From Calcarisporiella thermophila CBS 279.70 (Eukaryota > Fungi > Calcarisporiellomycota): 64,000 nt of DNA. Both the position numbers and the translations under genes were made by a program. The stretch is from the NCBI RefSeq assembly GCF_041956535.1, contig NW_027192191.1, positions 309,267-373,266 of the forward strand. The letters run 5' to 3'. The notes below the pieces were generated by a model. The model ran no database searches. It was given only the letters and a program-made list of their open reading frames with translations, and had not been told where the DNA came from. This document shows positions 42,367 to 59,740 of this stretch, in pieces (position 1 is the first letter of the stretch; every line of letters begins with the position of its first letter).

Positions 42367-42415
42367 TGTGTGTGTTTTTTAGTGTGTGTGTGTGTGTGTT
42401 AGTGTGAGTGTGTGT
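42367..42415 (+). repeat. interrupted (GT)n microsatellite downstream of the homeobox stop (probable 3'UTR)
   Basis: read directly. Confidence 0.85.
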
Positions 42416-43163
42416 ATTTCTGATCCTTTTTGTCTTTATTTTTTAAACCTTCAATAGTTTGTAATATACACTGGTCTTTCTTTTTGTTAAATGAGCTAGA
42501 CCTAGGCTCAAGTAATAAAAAGATTAGATTAGGTTGTTGTTTGAGCTGTGATGTTTCACTCAATAAAAGGCTATTTAATAGTCGAGGCCATTACGAAGGG
42601 ATGCGATGGGGGCCGTCGTTTGGTTCCCAAGCGACCCAACCCCTATTTCTCAGCCTTGCAAGATCTCGTGACTCCAATGTCTCCTTTAAGTTGCTTGCAC
42701 CCATTGACGTCCGATCACCCAAATCGCTTGAGTTGATCGATAATCTCCTATCTGATTGCCGCCGTGGCTCCTTGAGTACTAAGCGGCTCTTCTGGGGAGA
42801 GATACGAGGAGCGTGTGAACAAAGAACTCTAAAGCTTCACAAGGACGGAGCGAGCGCCAAAGCACACGGGAGAGGGCGGCCATATCAACAGGAAGAATAG
42901 TTGAGCTTCCTTGGTTTCTCCACGGCTTGTGCATGGAAGCTTCGGCCGTGGAGTGCTGGAGAGTTCTCCCGCACAGGGGGCGAATCTACAGCAGAGTTCA
43001 TTTACTGCCCAGAGTTTCCCTGATGACCAATCACATTTGAGAGTCTGGTGGGTGGATCTCCTATGAAAAAAATTCACTCCAACACTGATGGGACGGATCT
43101 TAAAGCTAATAGACTTTGTTGTTATATATTATTTCTCTTGCATTATTACTAAACATAGAGGCC

Positions 43164-44310
43164 ATGGTAACGTGTTCTCTGTTGAGGTGATTTATGATCG
43201 AGCCACAATCTCACTTGATGGATATTTAGAATGTACTGAAGCCAATACAGCGGGACAAGGTTAGACAGTTTGCCAGCTTAACCAATGCGAGGTGCGTACC
43301 TATCTATTTCCACCGTAGCTTAATATGGTTTAAGTTGGGTGATTTCCTACCAGTGAGCGTACCGCCATTCGCAAGCTACGTCAACATAATTGGAGCCTCG
43401 AGATTGCATTGGATGCCTACTTTAATGACCCGACCAATCTTGCGGGATCGAATGGTGATGGAGTGGATATGGCCAAACTGACACAGGTGTTTGAGACATA
43501 TAAGGGTATTGCCTTTTGGCCGTTCTCGCTGGAACCTTTCTCATGTCTGATGCGTGATTTGCACTAGAGCCCGATGAGGACGCCATTTTGGTGGATGGAA
43601 TGGTGCGGTACTGTAACGATCTAGATGTCGATCCAGTCGACATTGTGATGCTGGTCATTGCGTATCATTTAGAGGCAACAAAGATGTGCGAATTTAAGCG
43701 ATCAGGATTCATTAGGGGGTGGGCGAAGCTCCGGTACGATTCCCTTGGTTTTTTTATCATGTTCCATGACTATTTTTATGTATTTCCTGGTATACAACGC
43801 AGGTGCGACTCTATTGAAAAGATGCGGGACGCCGTTCCTCGCCTCCGTGACTCGCTCAAAGATGAAGCCATTTTCAAGGAAGTATACCATTTCACCTTCA
43901 CTTTTGGACGTTCCGAGGGTCAGAAGAGTCTGCCCTTGGATATCGCGATCGAGTTTTGGAGATTGCTACTTGCGGGGCGCTTTCAGCACCTAGATTTGTG
44001 GATACAGTTTTTGGAAGAGAAGCATAAAAAAGCCATTTCGAAGGATACTTGGAGCCTTGTAGGTGAAGCATTCACTCACCACTTGGATCCGGTGATGGCT
44101 CATCCTATGTATTATTCTAGTTGCTCGACTTCATCCACCAGATCAACGAAGACTTGTCGAACCATGATCCCGAGGGCGCATGGCCTGTGCTTATTGACGA
44201 TGTAAGTAGAGAGCTTCCCATTTTCCCCAGCCTCCACCGATACTATTCTGCCTTCTTCCAACCGATAGTTTGTCGAGTATGCTCGAGAGAAGCTTGCCAC
44301 TTCAAGCTGA
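43164..44310 (+). CDS. DCN1: Defective in cullin neddylation 1 (UBA-like + PONY domain)
   Basis: DKVRQFA...HNWSLEIALDAYF; YCNDLDVDP; GQKSLPLDIAIEFW; ISKDTW; GAWPVLIDDFVEY. Confidence 0.93.
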
Positions 44311-44918
44311 GTTTTGCGAGGGATCTCTCTGCTGTTTGATTATTATGGGGGATATAATGATACTGAACGGAAATATAGTTTATCTTTGTTTGACCCAGGC
44401 CTGTTTATATAATACACTTCTGAGACTATTCACTTTCCAACCTCCTTTCTTTTGTTTGCCGCCACCTTTTCTTTCCTCTTCTATCGACAACCATGGGGTA
44501 CGCTCAAATTCGAATCACTATGTTCTTTTTTGGGAATGGACTGATAAAAAAAGTAATAATGTACTACTTTTGCTGCGCCGCTTTTGCCGCTCTCTTTTCT
44601 TTCCCCCACGTATATCACACGTTGAATTCTTGAATCTGTGAAGACCACTTTGTTGAAACATTCGCTCCACTCCAGTTGTTCACACCCAACCCTTGTAAAA
44701 TTTAAATCATTGCGAGAGAAGGTATGCCTCCATTTCCTTCATGTCTGGCCATGAATGCTTTTGCATTTTCTTTAGATCTTGAATTTTTCACACGCCAACC
44801 ATTTTGTACAAGTTTTTTTTTATAAAAAAATGAATTTCATGAAGTGGCTGTCTTTCTATCTATAATTCACTATTTCACGCCGCTGCTATTTTTTTATTAT
44901 TAGGACCAGTGTCAAAGG

Positions 44919-47705
<2,787 letters not shown>

Positions 47706-48497
47706 ACTCGAGCGTATTGAGCCAGTTGAGTTTTAGGACTGCGGTGGCGGCTTCACTACCTCACCCCTCCGCCTCCCCCCCCTTCTTGCTCGTGGCCTAT
47801 GCTTATGGGGAAGCGAGCCGGCCTCCCCCTTTGATGATTCGTATGTTTTGTAAATGAAATAAAGTGTGCACCGAATGAATAGCCAACACGGACTCGCTTT
47901 TTTTTTTCATTGCTTCTTCTTCATATTGTTTCCAAAGTTTCTTCTCGGGCCCCTGCGAAGTGACACGGGAATATGTTAAGAGGTTTTGGAAGGACCTCGC
48001 GAATTTTCACGACCACCCGCAATAGGCATGAATAATATGAAATGCACAAATTACTAGAGCCATCGGGGCCCCCCCTGCTGTCAGTGCGCAAATTGCCCGT
48101 GACAGTGAGCCGCGGCTTATTCGATAAGCTACCTCCCGTTTCCTGTAGCATCCTGAGCGATTGTTCATAAGGAATCCGCATAGTGTATGCCATGAAAATA
48201 AGCCGAGTCGAGGGAGGGCCTGAAACCTGCAAAAACGGTGGGGAGAAAGAAAAAAAATCGTTGACAGAGCGCAGAGCTGACAGCTTGGCTCCTTCGCTTC
48301 CATGTGACTGGAGTGTACCGCTTTTACCCCACAAAAATTGGCTCAAAGCCTAAAACTAAATTGAGAAGTCACGAGTGACTGGCTCGAACTTTCTTGAGAG
48401 CCAACTCAATTGGCCTTGTGTGCGGTTTTCCACCTCTTGGTTTCCAATCTATCCTTGCTGATCTGAAACGCTACTAGGAGATAAGTAGAAAGAGAGA

Positions 48498-50092
<1,595 letters not shown>

Positions 50093-50439
50093 AGCTAATT
50101 CAGATTCAAAGCATCATGGTGTTCCTCTCTCCGTTTTCTTTATTTCTTAAAGTTTGGTTAATTTTGATTTTAATGTAATGCGTTGCTATTACTTTTTATT
50201 GCTATCTCCTCTCCCCTTAAACAGTGACCAGCCCTAAATATAAATTGAGTGCTTTTCAAAATGGAAATGAAAGGATGACGTCTATGTTCGAGAAATTCCT
50301 CCAGCAATAATTTCATTTCCACTTCAGCACTAAGCCCATCCATCTGTTCTTGCGACTCAATCTGACCGATCAAAAAGAACCAATCCCTCCCTTCTTTCTT
50401 ATCGGAGCAGCACTCGTACACTAGAAGAAACGGTTACCT

Positions 50440-51879
50440 ATGGCCAACAATGAAGATAATATACCAAAGACTAAGAAGCCAGCCAGTAAGATGATGTCAG
50501 CATGGTTAATCGAGAAGCTCACGATTTAACCCCTCTGATTCATAGATACCGCCTTTAAGCAGCAACGATTAAAAGCATGGCAACCATTACTAACACCCAA
50601 AACGGTGCTCCCAACTCTGTTTTTGGTGGGCATCATCTTTGCCCCCATCGGAGGTCTCCTATTGTACGGGAGCAGTACGGTATGTCATGGGATTATTCGA
50701 TTGCTCCTCGATTTCATCTAATATGAAGCCCCATCTACTCTCCCCAGGTTTCAGAACTTGTCATTGACTACACGAGCTGTCTGGATGGAACTGCAGGCGA
50801 ATTTCGGTCGATTCCATCCTCGTCATTCAAACACACATTTGTTCTCTCTGGCAATTCTCCGGGAGTTAATCCAAGATACAAACATGAGCCATACATTCCG
50901 CCACCAGAGAGGAATCCGGCCGGCATCCCGGTCGAGCGGTGCACGATTCAATTCGATTTACCCGTTACACTGAAGGCTCCGGTGTTTTTGTACTACAAAT
51001 TAACGAACTTTTACCAAAATCATCGGCGCTACGTAAAGAGCCTGGACCTGAACCAGCTTAAAGGGGAGGCGCTGTCTGCGGCGGCACTCCAAAAGTCATG
51101 CCAGCCCATAGATGTCTCGCCCGAGGGACTGCCCTATTATCCATGCGGCTTGATTGCAAACTCGATGTTCAACGATACCTACTCCGACTTTAATCGAACA
51201 AGTGGTCCAGTGACCGGGGCCACCTATGTATTTAAACAGGAGAACATCGCATGGCCCTCGGACCGTACTCGCTATGGCAAGACCAACTACGGGCCCGACA
51301 ATTGTCGCCCCCCTCCTAACTGGGCATCGCGCTATCCCGGAGGGAAATACACTGCCGAAACTCTCTTTGACGTCACCCGAGATGAGCATTTCCAGGTTTG
51401 GATCCGCACCGCCCCTTTCCCATCCTTCCGCAAGCTCTATGGTCGCAACGATGCAGAGGACATGCAAGCCGGCACGTACAGCGTGGACATCGACTTCAAC
51501 TATGATGTGACTAAATACGGGGCCACCAAATCCATCGTGATATCGACCACCAATGTCCTCGGCGGGCGAAACTCGTTCTTGGGCGGGATCTATCTGGCGG
51601 TAGGCTTGATTTGTGTCATCTTGGGGGTCGCGTTCACCGTCCGGCACTGTATCAAGCCTAGAAAACTGGGGGACCATTCTTTACTGGTATGCACTCCTAT
51701 TCATAATAGTGCCCTGTCTTTTTTTATGTTTTTCGTTTAATTTGGATTCCAATCCGATACTGACCGCCCTTGGATCTTCCACTTGGATTTAGACATGGAA
51801 CACGACCACAACCGCTCCCGTACAATTTATAGACCAAAAGGAACGGAAATCGCTGTTCAAACGAAACCGTGGTGATTGA
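50440..51879 (+). CDS. CDC50: Cdc50/Lem3 family P4-ATPase flippase beta subunit
   Basis: [60 protein letters not shown]. Confidence 0.93.
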
Positions 51880-52321
51880 GCTTGACCTTGTTACTAATTT
51901 TCTTTTTTAGCTTTCCATAAACTTACCTAGGTATATCAACTTTTTTTTTCTTCTTCTTCCTTATTTCATGACTCACCATCTCGGCATCCTCTCCTTCTTC
52001 ACTCTCTTTTGTTGCTTACTTTTGTTAGTGTATACATATTTGACTTTTTTCATTTCACCTCCCCCGAAAAATATATATATATATTATAAAGTCACCCCAC
52101 TTCTTCCCATATAAGTTGGGGACGTTTGGTTTAATTTTAGTTCATCAACATAGTATATATGGATATAGATATGAGTGTGAGCGAGGGCAATTATAAACTA
52201 CTGAAATTCAGAAAGGGGGAGGAGATATTTTGAAGGGGGGAAGGGGTGGGGTAAGAGGACAGAAGATAGTAAAACAGACAGCAAAAAAAAAACGCAGCAA
52301 AGATCTTATAATTACAGTGGA

Positions 52322-53356
52322 TCAGACCGTCCCCAACTTCTTCATTTCCTTTGGTATTTCGTCGAAGGGGGTGTCCCCGCTGACCTCGTACTGGACAATG
52401 TCCGCCAGCTGCGCGAGCAAGTTGGGCGCATCCTCTAGGCACTCCACTATGCGCTGCTCCCACTCGTCATCGCTGTCGAGGACATCTTTGGGGGCGAAGA
52501 AGGTCTGCTTGAACTTCCGATACGCCTCGCCTTCCTTCTGCGTGTCCTCGACGGCTGTCTCGCTCTTTTCGTCCTTCTGGGGGGACACGTTGAGATCCAG
52601 GCATCGCCGGGCATTGATCCAGAACTGCGGGTAGGCGCGCTCGAAGAAGGCCAGTTTGAAGGGGTAGCGTCGGATGTCCGCGAGGCGGAACTCGCCCATC
52701 CTAGCCGCCAATGCCTTGCTGGGCTCCTTCTCCCACTGCTCGCGGCGGATGCCCTCGTCATGTAGCTCGGCCTCTCCGCCCTTCATCTTCTCCGACGCAT
52801 CCGTCTCATCCTCCTTCTCCTCCTCCTCCTCCTCCTCCTCCTCTTCGTAGCCGACCAGCAGTTTAAACTTCTGATAGTAGGCTGGCGATGAGACCAGCAG
52901 CTCCTTCACGCGCTGAACCCACTGTACATCGTTCACGGCCTCCCGCGGGGCCAAGAGCACCCGCTGCAAGCGCTCCCAGTCCTCTTCGGAGAGCGAGTGC
53001 TTCAGCAAATCGAAAAAGTCCGGGTTGGCCTGCATCAATTCGCGCATCTCCACCTCTCTCTCCAAGAGGGCGACGCAAATCTCGTCGGGCAGAATCTGCG
53101 CGGGAATCTGTGGGGATTTGGCGGGCTCGTCGAGCGGCAGCGAGTCGGTGTTCACCGCGAGCGACCGCGCGGGGAGGGCTTCGTTCGCCTCCGCGGGGTC
53201 GTCCGCGTCAAGAGCGCTGGGTGGCGGGGGCGGCGAGGGGTGGCGTTGCATAGGGGCATGCGGGGGGGCCGGTTCGGTCGCGGTGTCGGGGAGGATAAAG
53301 GAGACGCTTGGCTTGCGGTTGACGCATTCCGGGGGGGTTGGGTGTGAGGCGTCCAT
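52322..53356 (-). CDS. Uncharacterised intronless protein with two internal helical repeats separated by a poly-Glu linker
   Basis: Long ORF with GC-rich third positions; internal duplication visible in the translation. Confidence 0.75.
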   Translation of the reverse strand: MDASHPTPPECVNRKPSVSFILPDTATEPAPPHAPMQRHPSPPPPPSALDADDPAEANEALPARSLAVNTDSLPLDEPAKSPQIPAQILPDEICVALLEREVEMRELMQANPDFFDLLKHSLSEEDWERLQRVLLAPREAVNDVQWVQRVKELLVSSPAYYQKFKLLVGYEEEEEEEEEEKEDETDASEKMKGGEAELHDEGIRREQWEKEPSKALAARMGEFRLADIRRYPFKLAFFERAYPQFWINARRCLDLNVSPQKDEKSETAVEDTQKEGEAYRKFKQTFFAPKDVLDSDDEWEQRIVECLEDAPNLLAQLADIVQYEVSGDTPFDEIPKEMKKLGTV

Positions 53357-53816
53357 GGGGGGTGGGGTGCGGGGTCGGGGGGAGGGAGAAGTGTAACCGT
53401 GGAGAGCTAATATAGCGGTGCAAGGGGGGGCTCCGAAGAAAAATAGGAATAGCGAGGAGCAGTGTGGAGAGAGGAAAAGGTCGGGCGAGGAAATGGGAGG
53501 CAATCGAAATCGAGACGTGGCCCGGGGGCGTTACGTCAAGAAATGAAAATGCCTTAGCGAGAAAATTTTTGTTACAAGCGGAAAACAGTCGATCCTTGGT
53601 CACTGTGCAACGGAGTTCGCCAGAGTTGCCCTTTGCTCTGTGCAGAACTGTTTTTCTTGATTCAGATTCAAAATTCCTTCTCCATCCCCCAATCTCCCCC
53701 CTCATCCGGCGGGCTCGTTCTGATCTCTTCTCTGAAAGCTGGCTCTTTCATCTCCCCTATTCTCACCCTTGTATCCCCCCCCCTCCTCCCCTCGCACCGC
53801 CCCAACCAAGCCCATT

Positions 53817-56154
53817 ATGGTGGAGCTCTCCTCATCGAATGGCCGCCCCCCCTCCTTCACATGGGAGGACGCAGAGCATAGCCGGCTCGCTGCATTTTCA
53901 TATCCCCCCGAGAGCCCCGGCGCCGCCCAGGCCCCCCGATCCAAATCTCCACCCATTATCCTCTTGCCAGCCTCCCCCGCCATTTCTAAGCCGCAGCCGC
54001 CCCCCACCCCTGAGAAGAGCGAAAGAGACCCATCTCACAAACCAGCAGAGAACAAGCGCAAGAAAGCGAATGAGATGGCCCTGATGCAGCAGGTAATCGA
54101 TTTATTGTGTGTGAATTATTTTTCGTTGCTTTCCTCATGCCATGGCTGTCCTGCCCTCCCCCTTGGGCTAACCACAGGAACAGCTCCGCAAGCAGGAACT
54201 TGCCCAGCAGCAGTGGGAGCAGATTCTGGCCCAGCAACACTCCTCAAACCGTCAGGATACTACACGCCGACAAAACAAGATCTCGAAAAAAATCCGGCCC
54301 CGAGATATCTCTCTCCCGCAGCTCATCTCCACCACCTCCACCATCAAGACGATCCCCATCACCCCGACCCGCGAAGAACACGGCCTGCGCCAATCCATGG
54401 AATCCCGGTCGAGTGGCGAACCGCGATTCAGGTGGATAAAGCAGAACCTCCTGAAGCACTCCTCTGTATCCGAGGATGAGGATGGCAGCGCGTACGCAAT
54501 ACCGAGATCCGTGCCGGCCCACTTGTCTCGGTCCGGGCGAGGGATACTTTCGAAGCTCTCCTCGCCTGGAAAACGGCGCGACGAGAAGGAGCATGCACCC
54601 CCCCTAGGGGTTCGCAAGTTCTTCAGCCACGAGAGCCTTCGTTCGCAATTTTTGGCCGACCAACGCGACTCGCGCACCCCCCAGGCCACTGAGCGGACAG
54701 GGGCGCGCGAGGCGAACGGCTTCGCTCAGCAAATGCTGGAGAGGTCCGCCTCGACCGGCTCGACTTACGAGGCCAGTCGGCGGTCTGTGATGTCCAACGC
54801 TTCCTTGTTGGCGGCTCCGCAGAACGCGGGGCCCACCCGGCGGAGAGCGGCGCCCCCCAGCCGGCTGAACACGGGCTCGCTGATGAACATCCATGTCACC
54901 ACCCAGGTGGTGGTGGAGGATGAGGATGGGATCACGGAGGATTCCGAGGATGACGCCCACGCTCTCACGCCCCAGCGGCCCGCCCCCCCTATACCTGACC
55001 ACGCCGACCCGACCGCCCGCGTCGTGCGCAAAACCCTCCTCTTCACCAAGCCCCCTCCCCTACCCGGACCGGTGGCCGCGGACCCCTCTGGTGGCCCCAG
55101 TCATCGCGACGGCCCGGCCCCGGAATTGGCCGACTCCCCTCTCAGCCAGCAGTCGCTGAAGCGCATGATGGCCACATGGCGCACCATCCTCCGTCCCGAT
55201 GAAAAGACGGTCAGCGTGGGCGAGGGCATCTCACCAAACGAGATCTCGACCACGACGCGCTTGGAGGAGCCATGTGCCCGGGGCAGATGGGTCATTGCCA
55301 ACCTGGGGGACGGCGAGGTCTTGGGGTCGCCGGCCTCATCGAAGCACCCCTCGATCGTGTTTCCAACCGAGGTGGCGGCCGCGGAAGCAGAGCCCTCCGA
55401 CCGTGGCGGTACTCTCGTGCGAGAGGGCAGCGGCTCCTTTAGGCCGACGGACTTGGGCGGCCATCCACGGGAGAAGAGCAACCTCTTGGACATTCACGCG
55501 GGCGGCTCTTATGGCAGCCGCTCGCCTGACTCGCGGCTCTCCTTCGCCTCCACGTCGAACCGGAGTACTAGTGAGAGCATCGACGAGTTTTACCAGCACT
55601 ACTACTACGAGGATGCGGACGAGGACGAGGACGTCGCGAGCGACGAGGGCGGGGCACGGAGCGAGGACTACGAGCAGCTGGAAATGCTGGAGTATAGCGA
55701 CGGGAAAGTGGTTTGGAGCGTGGCCGGGAGTAAAAGTGGAGTCCTCCGGCTCGATCCTCTCGAGAAGGAGGGCTCCGACGGCGGGGAAAAGCGAGTCATC
55801 AGGATGATCGAGCGGATGGCGCAGCGAGTCCAAGACCACGAAGTCACCCTCCGCCAGCACCGTGAGGGGCCGAGACGGAATCCCGCGGACCGAATGTCAC
55901 GCCATCGGCTGGATCAGATACCGGATGCCGGGGCGGACAGAGTGGTGACCGATGTATACTATGCGCATAGCAACCTTGCCCTGCCCCGTCTGCTGGATGA
56001 AATGGTGCGCGTGCAGGCCGAGCAGGAGCGGGTCATGGCCAAACCGAAACCATCACCTGAGAAACAGGGAGCTTGGCAAGAAACCCGGCTGGTGGGGGAG
56101 GACTCGGAGCGGCTAGACAGGATGATGAAGGAGCTGGAAACTGTACTGAAGTAA
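53817..56154 (+). CDS. Uncharacterised mostly disordered protein (intron 54093-54177) with an ISxP CRIB-like motif
   Basis: GT..CTAAC..CAG intron joins the exons in frame with the 585-aa ORF; KIRPRDISLPQLISTTS motif. Confidence 0.7.
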
Positions 56155-56556
56155 CACCGCCCAGGGTGTCTATTTCCTTTTTTTTTTCATCTTTATTCTA
56201 TAATTGTTGGTTCAATTCTCTTTCCCTTTTTTTTTATTACCGCTGGGTGGAGCAGTGTGTTTTACAGTTTGCTGTACAATATATATTTATCCGTGTGTTG
56301 TATGTCTGAATTTTTAATCTCTATTTCCCACTATACTCTTTTGTTTTTAAGCTTTTTTCCAGCATATATTATGAATCATGGGTTGTGGCTTAGGATTTGA
56401 TAAACAATCCGTTTTGTAGCGCAGCATATCAGTTCCTCTGATTATCTCATGAGTTTTTCCGGTCCTTCCACTTTGCTTTGCTCTTCCCTCCCCCCCCCCC
56501 TTTCGTAGAATAAACATATACGGCCCGTCTTTTCCATTACCCTATCACATCTGAAA

Positions 56557-57175
56557 ATGCTTCGCTCGGTATTCACTCACAACATCGGCTTGATCTCGCG
56601 CCGTGCGCCCACACCTGCCCTCGCTGCGGTTGCTCGCCGTGGATACCACGAAAAGGTAACGAAAACATAAACATTGATTTATAAGAGACGAGATCCGCTT
56701 TGTCGGAGCTGATCTTTCGCCCGTTCCTTCTACCCTGCATCCTAACGATCTCCTTCCTCTCCATTTTCCCGCGTAGGTCATTGATCACTACGAGCGCCCT
56801 CGCAATGTTGGTTCTCTGCCCAAAAACGATCCCGATGTCGGCACCGGACTTGTCGGCGCCCCCGCCTGCGGAGACGTGATGAAGCTCCAGATCCGAGTCG
56901 ATGAGGCGACGGGGAAGATTGTGGATGTGAAGTTCAAGACGTTCGGGTGCGGATCTGCGATTGCCTCATCCTCTCTCGTGTCGGAGAAGGTCCGGGGACT
57001 GAGCCTGGATGAAGCCGGCCGAATCAAGAACACCGAGATCGCCAAGGAGCTGTGCCTGCCGCCCGTGAAGCTGCACTGCTCAATGCTGGCGGAGGATGCG
57101 ATCAAAAGTGCCATTCAGGACTACAAGAGCAAGAGAAAGCCCGCTGCCTCGGCGGCCGCAGCCGAGTCTGCTTAA
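56557..57175 (+). CDS. ISU1: Mitochondrial Fe-S cluster scaffold IscU
   Basis: Presequence; YHEK|VIDHYERPRNVG, GAPACGDVMKLQI, FKTFGCGSAIASSS, LPPVKLHCSMLAEDA. Confidence 0.97.
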
Positions 57176-57548
57176 GAGAGGGCGACGCGCGCGTCCATAT
57201 TCCTTCTCTGTACGGTCCCTTTTCACCCTTGTCTCCATGTACGAAACACACGCGGGAAGCGGTCCAAGGAAGGGGATATAGGTTGTGTATTTTATATTTT
57301 ATTTGAATTGGTTTGAGCCGCTTTTTCATTTCTTTTCCTTTTTTTTTTTGGATATGACCTCCAACTCCCGTTCGCTCCTCCCTTTTCTCTTGTTGTGCGC
57401 CGGAGTCCTGTGTGTATATAAGCTTATATTCCCCCCCTCCCTTTCCCCTCCCCCTCTGTCTCCTCAAAAAGCATTCTAGTTTATTCCTCTATAAATAAAA
57501 ATGGGTTCCTTGGTGAGCCATTCACCCTCCCCCCCCCCCATCGGCACG

Positions 57549-58767
57549 CTACCTAGGCAAGCATGGCTTTAGCAGCGGGAAAAGGGGCTGATTCTCGCCC
57601 ACCACATAGGTGAGCGTGCACTTTTGGTAGTACATGGGGTCGATATGCTCGAGATGGTCTATGATTGTCTCGAGGAGGTGGGCGCGGCCCACCGCGGCCC
57701 CGGCCGGGTCGTGGTGCACATGCGTGACATGGACGTGGAAATGGTAGTAGGAGGGCTGGTAGTGGACAAAGAGGCGCAGCTGCTCGGGGCCGACCCCCGG
57801 ATACGTGGCGGGCACGACCTTGAGGACCTTTTCCCGGATGTTTTTAAGGAGCGGCAGATGGCCGCTGTGGAGCGAGCGGAGCGAGGCGATGTCGCGGCGG
57901 TTGACGATCACCTGAAGATAGAGGCTCTCGAGGGTCTTCTTGTCCCATTTGCTATGCGGGAAGGGCGGGGGTCCGTCAGCAACTCGCATGGTCGGAAGTA
58001 GCCATAAGGGGTCGAAGGGGAAGGGAGGGGGGCGGGGGCGGGGGCGGTGGATGCGACTTACCTGTCTGGCACCAGTACAAACCCCGTCTCGGGGTCGCGA
58101 TCGTGCATGACGAACGAGTCCACCTCGGCCTTCTCCTCGATGATGTTGTAGACCCACTGAATGCGGCTGGTGGGGATCGCCTCGATGAATGGACGAACCA
58201 CCTGAGCATAGATCTCGGGTGTCTCGTTGAACAGGTGGTAGGACTGAGCCGAGTACTTCTTGATGTGCTAAGCTCGGAGAAAATAAGAAGAGAAACCAGA
58301 CGCCGTCATTTCCACTGAGGCAATACCATAGCTACACTTAGAAGGCGATGATTACCGCGTCAGTGCAAGGATAGATCAGCTCCATTTTGACGTCCTCCAG
58401 GTCCTCATCCCTGGCCAGCATGCCCGTCAACCAATGGTAGATGTCATTTTTTTCGCGCAGGTGAAGCGATGCAATGCGAGATCCCAGCGTGAGTTGGGGC
58501 AGCTCGCTGGAGTGGAAGTGAGATTTTTCGAGACGCAGGATAGCGTTCTCCCCGGCATCGGAGTCTGCGGAAGCGCTGGGATGGATTTTGCCGAGGAGAA
58601 TGACCGATTTCGTGATGGGGTCTAGCGGTGGCAAAGGGAAAACAACCATCAAGACCGGCTCGAGGAAAGCGGGAGCAGGGGTCGGGAGGGAGTGCACCCA
58701 CGGGCCTACCTTCATTCAGAAGCCGCACCAGCTTGAAGTGGCTAAGTACCTCTGCCGTTGACTCCAT
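57549..58767 (-). CDS. DCS1: Scavenger mRNA decapping enzyme DcpS (HIT family)
   Basis: NDIYHW, HIKKYS, WVYNII, PDSKWD, HYQPSYYHFHVH, GRAHLL. Confidence 0.93.
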
Positions 58768-58941
58768 GGCGATGACCTTGCGATGTGCGGGAGAGCTGGA
58801 GCAGCGAGCTGGAGAGATGAAATAGGAGTGATGGTGGCTTAGCATGTGAGCTCTCGCAAGTAAAAAACTGTTTTCACCTCAGGGCTAAATTTTGTTCTTC
58901 CCTTTTCCAGACCTACAGCACAGGAAATAGTCGTTGTCAAG

Positions 58942-59740
58942 ATGGTGGTAAGTGATCGCTGCTGCCGTGAAGGGTGAATGGGGAGTTGGATGGATGGGTG
59001 GATGGGTGGATGGGTGGATGGATGGATGGACGTCCGTCTGCCCCGTCTCCAACGCGAGGAGGGCTTTGGAGGGATACGATGAGGCTGGGATGAGAGGCCA
59101 CTAAGGGAGGGCCGATGGGGGTGCTTTGTAGATTGGGCCATTTCAAGACGGCAGATCCTGCCTCGTTTCTCTGGACAAGATGCATTAACGTGGCGTTTTT
59201 TTTGTTTGCTTTTAGTTGGCAGTTGATCTTCTTAACCCCTCCGCCGAACAAGAAAAGAACACCCACAAGCTTAAGCGATTGGTACAGTCGCCCAACTCGT
59301 ACTTCATGGATGTGAAGTGCCCCGGTAAGCATCCATCGCCGGCTGTCGGCATCCCTCGATGGCTCGCTGGGCTAAGAATGCTGACCCGATTTTCGCTTAG
59401 GTTGCTTTAACATCACCACCGTGTTCAGCCACGCGCAGACCGTTGTTGTGTGCGGCAGCTGTGCGACTGTCCTGTGCCAGCCCACTGGTGGTCGTGCTCG
59501 TCTGACCGAAGGTAAGCATTCCCCCTTTCCCTCCCCCTTTTCCTCCCTCGTTCGTTCTCCCCTGCCCTCTCGCTCCATCTTCCCCATCCCTTTCCCTTTT
59601 TCCTTGCCGCAGCCCGCGTCTCCTCCGCCTCCTTGGCATTTTTTTTTCTGTGCTGACACCCAGGAGCTGGTATTAATGGCCTTTTGTTTTCTTTGCGTTG
59701 TGTTCCTTCAGGTTGCTCTTTCCGCCGAAAGATTAACTAA
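58942..59740 (+). CDS. RPS27: 40S ribosomal protein eS27, 4 exons
   Basis: MV|LAVDLLNP...[54 protein letters not shown]. Confidence 0.97.
58987..59030 (+). repeat. (TGGA/TGGG)n tetranucleotide repeat in RPS27 intron 1
   Basis: tggatggatgggtggatgggtggatgggtggatggatggatgga. Confidence 0.9.

Noticed and set aside
42876-42886. GCGGCCATATC resembling the 5' end of 5S rRNA
   Set aside because: Similarity stops after 11 nt; the GTCCGATC-like segment lies upstream, in the wrong order.
47921-48346. 141-aa minus-strand ORF with a pyrimidine-rich acceptor-like site near 48228
   Set aside because: No recognisable protein and only a weak donor; insufficient support, although a divergent lncRNA is not excluded.
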